In this document: piece after piece, positions 59,943 through 64,000 of the stretch | Layout: each line of letters begins with the position of its first letter | How positions within the stretch are numbered: position 1 is the stretch's first letter | Assembly: GCA_964371555.1 (NCBI GenBank) | Contig: CAYJMQ010000004.1 | Coordinates: 1,380-65,379, forward strand | Direction: 5' to 3' | Length of the DNA: 64,000 nucleotides | Source of the DNA: an uncultured bacterium | GTDB lineage: Bacteria > Bdellovibrionota > JACOXK01 > 2-02-FULL-40-11 | Translations under genes and position numbers: made by a program | The notes under the pieces: model-generated | What the model was told of the DNA's origin: nothing | Databases searched by the model: none | What the model saw: only the letters and a program-made list of their open reading frames with translations

Positions 59943-60680
59943 TTAAAAATCTTCGATTAAATTGACCGACTGTCCGTTTAACGACCGGATGTGGATCAGA
60001 AACCGCCTCGATTCTTTCATGTCTGCCTGAATATTGGATGATAGATCCACAGCATGCGTAAATGGGACAGGCGCCTCGGAGTCTGGGACCCCTGACCACC
60101 TTCTTTCGTCGACCCTTGCAATAGGCAAAACATCGATCACATTATTGAGAGGTCGGCTTACAATCACATGATCGATCTGCATCATCCTATTGGGAAAGAT
60201 TCCCATTAATTCCAAAACATACGGATTTTTTGAAACCAGTTCGGCTTTTTTGACAGGGGCATACAGATGGTCATCGGTTTTATCGTTTTTGGCCTCTTTC
60301 ACAGGAAGGAGCGCCGAAGGCAAAACTTCATCAGCCACAAAGACGCCATAATTTTGCGCCTTTAAAATGCCAATATCGATGACCTTTTCATAGGGGACCA
60401 TCATCTGAAAACAGTGCCCGTCATAATAATAAGCCTGCTGCACAATTTGAATTCTTTCGCCTGTCACAGATACTTTTGAAGGACCTGATTTATAACAGGT
60501 ATTTGGAAAGATTCCTTCAATAACTATCTGAATGTTATCGTTATCATCGAACCCCCCCGGAGCATAGACAGTGGAAACCGGCGCTTCGACCAAAGTAGGG
60601 CGATTGCCGTCTGTTCCAAAAAGAGACGAGCTCAAAAATAAGAAAGTAAAAAATATATAAAAGTAAACCCTGTAAATCAT
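59943..60680 (-). CDS. Hypothetical secreted protein
   Basis: The signal peptide is MIYRVYFYIFFTFLFLSSSLFG. It is about 245 aa. I recognise no family. Confidence 0.4.
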   Translation of the reverse strand: MIYRVYFYIFFTFLFLSSSLFGTDGNRPTLVEAPVSTVYAPGGFDDNDNIQIVIEGIFPNTCYKSGPSKVSVTGERIQIVQQAYYYDGHCFQMMVPYEKVIDIGILKAQNYGVFVADEVLPSALLPVKEAKNDKTDDHLYAPVKKAELVSKNPYVLELMGIFPNRMMQIDHVIVSRPLNNVIDVLPIARVDERRWSGVPDSEAPVPFTHAVDLSSNIQADMKESRRFLIHIRSLNGQSVNLIEDF

Positions 60681-60893
60681 CTTTTTCTCCTTTAGTCGCA
60701 AGTCCATTTCCTGCGGCATGATATCACTTTCCCTTTTTTGCCGATTTTCTCTGTTCGCGTTTCAGTTCCGCCCTTCTCTTCTCCCGCGCCTTCTTTTTCG
60801 CGCGGTGTTTTCTCTGAATCATTTTTCGTGTTCGCTTTGAATCGTCTCTTCCCATATCCCCTCCCATCCATTTCAGGCTATTGATTCCTTAAC

Positions 60894-61424
60894 TTAAAAT
60901 TGACTGGAAAAACAATTTATAATTTCTTGAATGATTTTTACCGTCGGTTTTTCATCAACTTCAATCACCCACTGCGACTCATTATAATAATCAACGCGTT
61001 GAGACAAGAGAAATCTGATGTCTTCATCCGATTTTCCAGGCGATTTTCCAGGAAGAATCGGATGTCTTCTCTGAACAATGGTTTCCCACGATGCCTTAAG
61101 ATAAATCCATTTTCCAGACTGTTTTAAAAGAGAGCGGTTTTTTTCTGAAATAACGGTCCCTCCGCCGGTCGCAAGAACATAACAGGCTGGCTTGGGTCTC
61201 TTCACAAATCCCTCTAAACATTGCGTTTCCAATAACCGAAAATACGATTCCTTGTTCTCTTCAAATAATTTTGTGATGGATATGCGATATGCCTCTTCAA
61301 TCATCTCATCGAGATCAAAGCAGGGGATCTCGCATTGTCTGGCAATAGCTTTAGCCAGCGTCGACTTTCCTGCGCCAGGCGGACCGACCAAAATAAGAGG
61401 AATTTTAAAATTTATGACCGTCAT
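60894..61424 (-). CDS. aroK: Shikimate kinase
   Basis: The P-loop is LILVGPPGAGKSTLAKAIA. The shikimate-binding region is GGGTV. It is 176 aa. Confidence 0.7.
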   Translation of the reverse strand: MTVINFKIPLILVGPPGAGKSTLAKAIARQCEIPCFDLDEMIEEAYRISITKLFEENKESYFRLLETQCLEGFVKRPKPACYVLATGGGTVISEKNRSLLKQSGKWIYLKASWETIVQRRHPILPGKSPGKSDEDIRFLLSQRVDYYNESQWVIEVDEKPTVKIIQEIINCFSSQF

Positions 61425-61487
61425 CTCTGCGGGCTGCAGCCCTGCGGGCGGCGGCCCTTTTGCGAAGGGTAAATCTTTCGCAAAAAA

Positions 61488-63821
61488 TCAGTAAAAGCGC
61501 AAGGCTTTTACCGGAGCCAATCCCTGGGGTCTTGTGTAATGAACCATAAGTTGCACCGCGGAGCCATCCGGCGAAGTATTGAGCAACGAAAACCTCACCC
61601 CCATTTTGGGCACAACGACTGAATTGTATGGCTGTTCTGCGCGATAATACGTATTTGAATCGTCAAAAATAGGATTGGCCTGAGTCCCCCCCAGGAAAAT
61701 TTTCCCCATCCCGCCAAGATCATATTTCTGGGAGGCTTCGAAGCCAAATCCCGCGTCATGAAGCTGGAAGCGCGTGGAAAATGCTTCCTTTTCATTCACC
61801 CATTCAACCTCCGGACGCGCATCGACAACCAAAAGACCCCCTTCACCCGGATGCTGTCCCACTTGATTATCACCGAGATTTCTTGATGCATTCCGGTACC
61901 ACAAAACGAGCCCAGGCTGATACGCGTACCGATGAACGAACGGAGGCAGAATGAAGTAATAAATCGAATTCAGCGCCTGGTCGAATCCGTAAGGTGTTCT
62001 CCACTCAAGCATATAGCTATGGGGATATTCCCGACGGACTTGGCCATTCTCAAGCCGCACAAAACCGCTGCGGCTCCACGGGTGAGAGTCCGATTCTTCA
62101 AAGTTCTCACGGAACCCAATGGCATCGATCGTCAGATCATCGATTGCAAATCCCTTCCCCCCTTCTGCCGGATCGGTCACATATCGAAAACGAAGGCGCC
62201 GCTTCATTCCGACATAAGGAGTCAGATCAAACTCCGCATCGACCCATTCCCCTTGGGTTGTCCCCGTAATCCCGTACCCGATATTGGCCCCATTCGGATT
62301 CTCTTCAGTTGTAATATTGCCGGGAATCGGAGCCAATTTTCCTTCGTCGTTTTCAATTTCGACATAGGCATAGTCGTAAGCCAACTCAATGTCATAATTG
62401 GCCTTGAACCTGAGAACCGCTTTTTCAGCGCCTGAAAGATCAATCTCTGTGGCTAACGCATGAACGCTGTCATGGCCCACATCGCTATATTCATAAAAGT
62501 TTCCTTCGGCAGGCTCAAAAACTTTAAAAACCTTCATCTGTTGAGGAAGATCGATTTTTAAGGCCTGCGCTTTGTGCCCATGAAACTCAGCCCGATCGAG
62601 CAGCGCAAATTTATGAACATCCGCATGATCGAGAGAAACCTCGTCATAATCGAGCCATCCCAGTTCCATTTTTTCATAGGCGCTAAAGTGTGTGGGAGTC
62701 GTGCCAAGCGGACGGTCGGCCAACGATGCCCAACTCCCGGCTGACATGATCGACCAGAATCCCACGGATGACTCACTTTTATTTCTGGGTCTCGTGTCAT
62801 AAAGATCTGGAAGTCCCAAATCATGACCAAACTCATGTGAGAAAACACCGGGCGCGCCATTCTCCGGCATCATCGTGTAATCGAGAAGCCAAATATCGTT
62901 TACCGGATCGACCTGAATCCCGCCGCGCTGCGCAAATCTGGAAGGCCCTTTGATCAGCGGCATGCCCGGAGGTTGAAAATTCGCACGCCCCCTGTGAGAC
63001 CAAATGGCATCATCCCCCTGGGCGCCCCCCTTCGCCTCCTGCCCCACCCCCGCATGGACGATCATCACGTGGTCGACATATCCATCCGGTTCATCAAAAT
63101 CCCCATCCTGATCCCAATCATATCGATCGACGAGATCATATTGCGACCAGTCGACAGCGCCGGCCGTAGAGGGGATAAGATCGTCGATAATTCTCCACAC
63201 AGGACCATTCGCATTATCTATATTGTGTTCTTCTCCGTCTTTTCCATAATAAACCTCGGGATATGGCACGGAAAACCAGCCATAAACATCCCCCTCGACG
63301 GTATATCTTCCGGAAGAATTTTCGAGGTAAAAATTGGCCATCGTATGGGCGCCGACTGTCCGGTCAAAAAGCATTTTTTGATAATGTTCGGCAGAAAAGT
63401 CTTTGACCCAAAACGTCGCGTTATCATACGCCATCGGCTCTGCAATCTGATTGTGTTTGGGGCCGACCCCTTCCGCGTCAGAAAACTCAACCAAAAGCGT
63501 GAGAATTTTACTTGTCGTCCTTAATTCGTACGGAACCGTTTCGCTGTTTGGAACAAACGGGAACGGATCTCCATGTTTAAAATCAAAAATACTGAAAGAC
63601 CCCTTTCCGGTCCCCCCACCGCCAAAAGAAGAGAAATCAGCTGTCAAGTCTTTGAGACGCTCAATCGAATAGTCGTGTAATTTTTTTTCGCCAGGCGACT
63701 GAATCACACAGCCATATTGTTTAAATTCGGCAAAGACCGGAAGAGAATTAAGAAAAGAGAAAAAGAGAAAAAGAGAAAAAACCTTTTTCATCCCATCTTT
63801 CATTATCGATACCTCCTGCAA
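61488..63821 (-). CDS. Secreted M6-family (immune inhibitor A / PrtV-like) zinc metalloprotease
   Basis: It has a signal peptide (MKKVFSLFLFFSFLNSLPVFA). The HEFGHDLGLPDLYD motif is the HExxH...D motif characteristic of the M6 family. It is 777 aa. Confidence 0.65.
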   Translation of the reverse strand: MQEVSIMKDGMKKVFSLFLFFSFLNSLPVFAEFKQYGCVIQSPGEKKLHDYSIERLKDLTADFSSFGGGGTGKGSFSIFDFKHGDPFPFVPNSETVPYELRTTSKILTLLVEFSDAEGVGPKHNQIAEPMAYDNATFWVKDFSAEHYQKMLFDRTVGAHTMANFYLENSSGRYTVEGDVYGWFSVPYPEVYYGKDGEEHNIDNANGPVWRIIDDLIPSTAGAVDWSQYDLVDRYDWDQDGDFDEPDGYVDHVMIVHAGVGQEAKGGAQGDDAIWSHRGRANFQPPGMPLIKGPSRFAQRGGIQVDPVNDIWLLDYTMMPENGAPGVFSHEFGHDLGLPDLYDTRPRNKSESSVGFWSIMSAGSWASLADRPLGTTPTHFSAYEKMELGWLDYDEVSLDHADVHKFALLDRAEFHGHKAQALKIDLPQQMKVFKVFEPAEGNFYEYSDVGHDSVHALATEIDLSGAEKAVLRFKANYDIELAYDYAYVEIENDEGKLAPIPGNITTEENPNGANIGYGITGTTQGEWVDAEFDLTPYVGMKRRLRFRYVTDPAEGGKGFAIDDLTIDAIGFRENFEESDSHPWSRSGFVRLENGQVRREYPHSYMLEWRTPYGFDQALNSIYYFILPPFVHRYAYQPGLVLWYRNASRNLGDNQVGQHPGEGGLLVVDARPEVEWVNEKEAFSTRFQLHDAGFGFEASQKYDLGGMGKIFLGGTQANPIFDDSNTYYRAEQPYNSVVVPKMGVRFSLLNTSPDGSAVQLMVHYTRPQGLAPVKALRFY

Positions 63822-64000
63822 AACCTTTTATATTTGCTGGTTACAAACGAGGACATCTACAACACACTGTAACTTAAGCGGAACTGTAAAATTTAAAAAA
63901 GAGCTTGTCAATTAAATAGTTTTTGCTGAAAAAGTCATGCTGAGGGACGAAGTCCCGAAGCATCTCCGCTGGGATTCTTCGCGCTTTGCGCTCAGACACT

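Overview
This is a 64 kb chromosomal segment from a Gram-negative bacterium. The evidence for Gram-negative origin is BamB, a TolC-family outer-membrane factor, many outer-membrane beta-barrels ending in aromatic residues, and lipoproteins. Base composition is intermediate and locally very heterogeneous.

Coding density is high. The housekeeping backbone is clear and strongly syntenic:
- tsaE-miaB-guaB-guaA;
- tRNA-Val, then thrS-infC(AUU start)-rpmI-rplT-pheS-pheT-ihfA-merR-family-tRNA-Pro, an arrangement also known in pseudomonads;
- purC, ygfZ / A-type Fe-S carrier, rnc-der ... yfgM-bamB, iscS-mnmA-mtaB-like;
- apt, surE, lon, exbB-exbD-ftsB-like, ccdA, a pair of M16 peptidases, aroK and an M6 (InhA-like) metalloprotease.

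Several blocks look accessory:
- (a) a ~1.4 kb, extremely AT-rich three-ORF islet immediately 3' of tRNA-Pro. It ends at a degenerate copy of the tRNA 3' end.
- (b) a GC-rich block next to it carrying a beta-carbonic anhydrase, an NhaR-like LysR regulator, a long-form purC and a DUF2784-like membrane protein.
- (c) a four-gene operon: a DUF393 (DCC thiol-disulfide) domain fused to a lipase-maturation-factor-like polytopic domain, then an outer-membrane beta-barrel, then a 781-aa EF-hand lipoprotein, then a secreted protein. This is a candidate for an undescribed envelope system.
- (d) a metal-efflux island: a CsoR/RcnR-family repressor, a CusA/CzcA-type RND pump, a 138-aa His-containing periplasmic protein and a TolC-like OMF, with no membrane-fusion adaptor gene. 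Next to it is an OM beta-barrel with an N-terminal CxxCH haem motif. Transcribed divergently is a lipoprotein / OMF-like / lipoprotein operon. The two operons are separated by a perfect 13-bp-arm palindrome. It matches CsoR-type operators and sits between divergent TTGACA -35 and TATAT -10 elements.

No CRISPR array, transposase, integrase or rRNA was found. Everything is judged by eye from the sequence and the ORF track. No database search was run.
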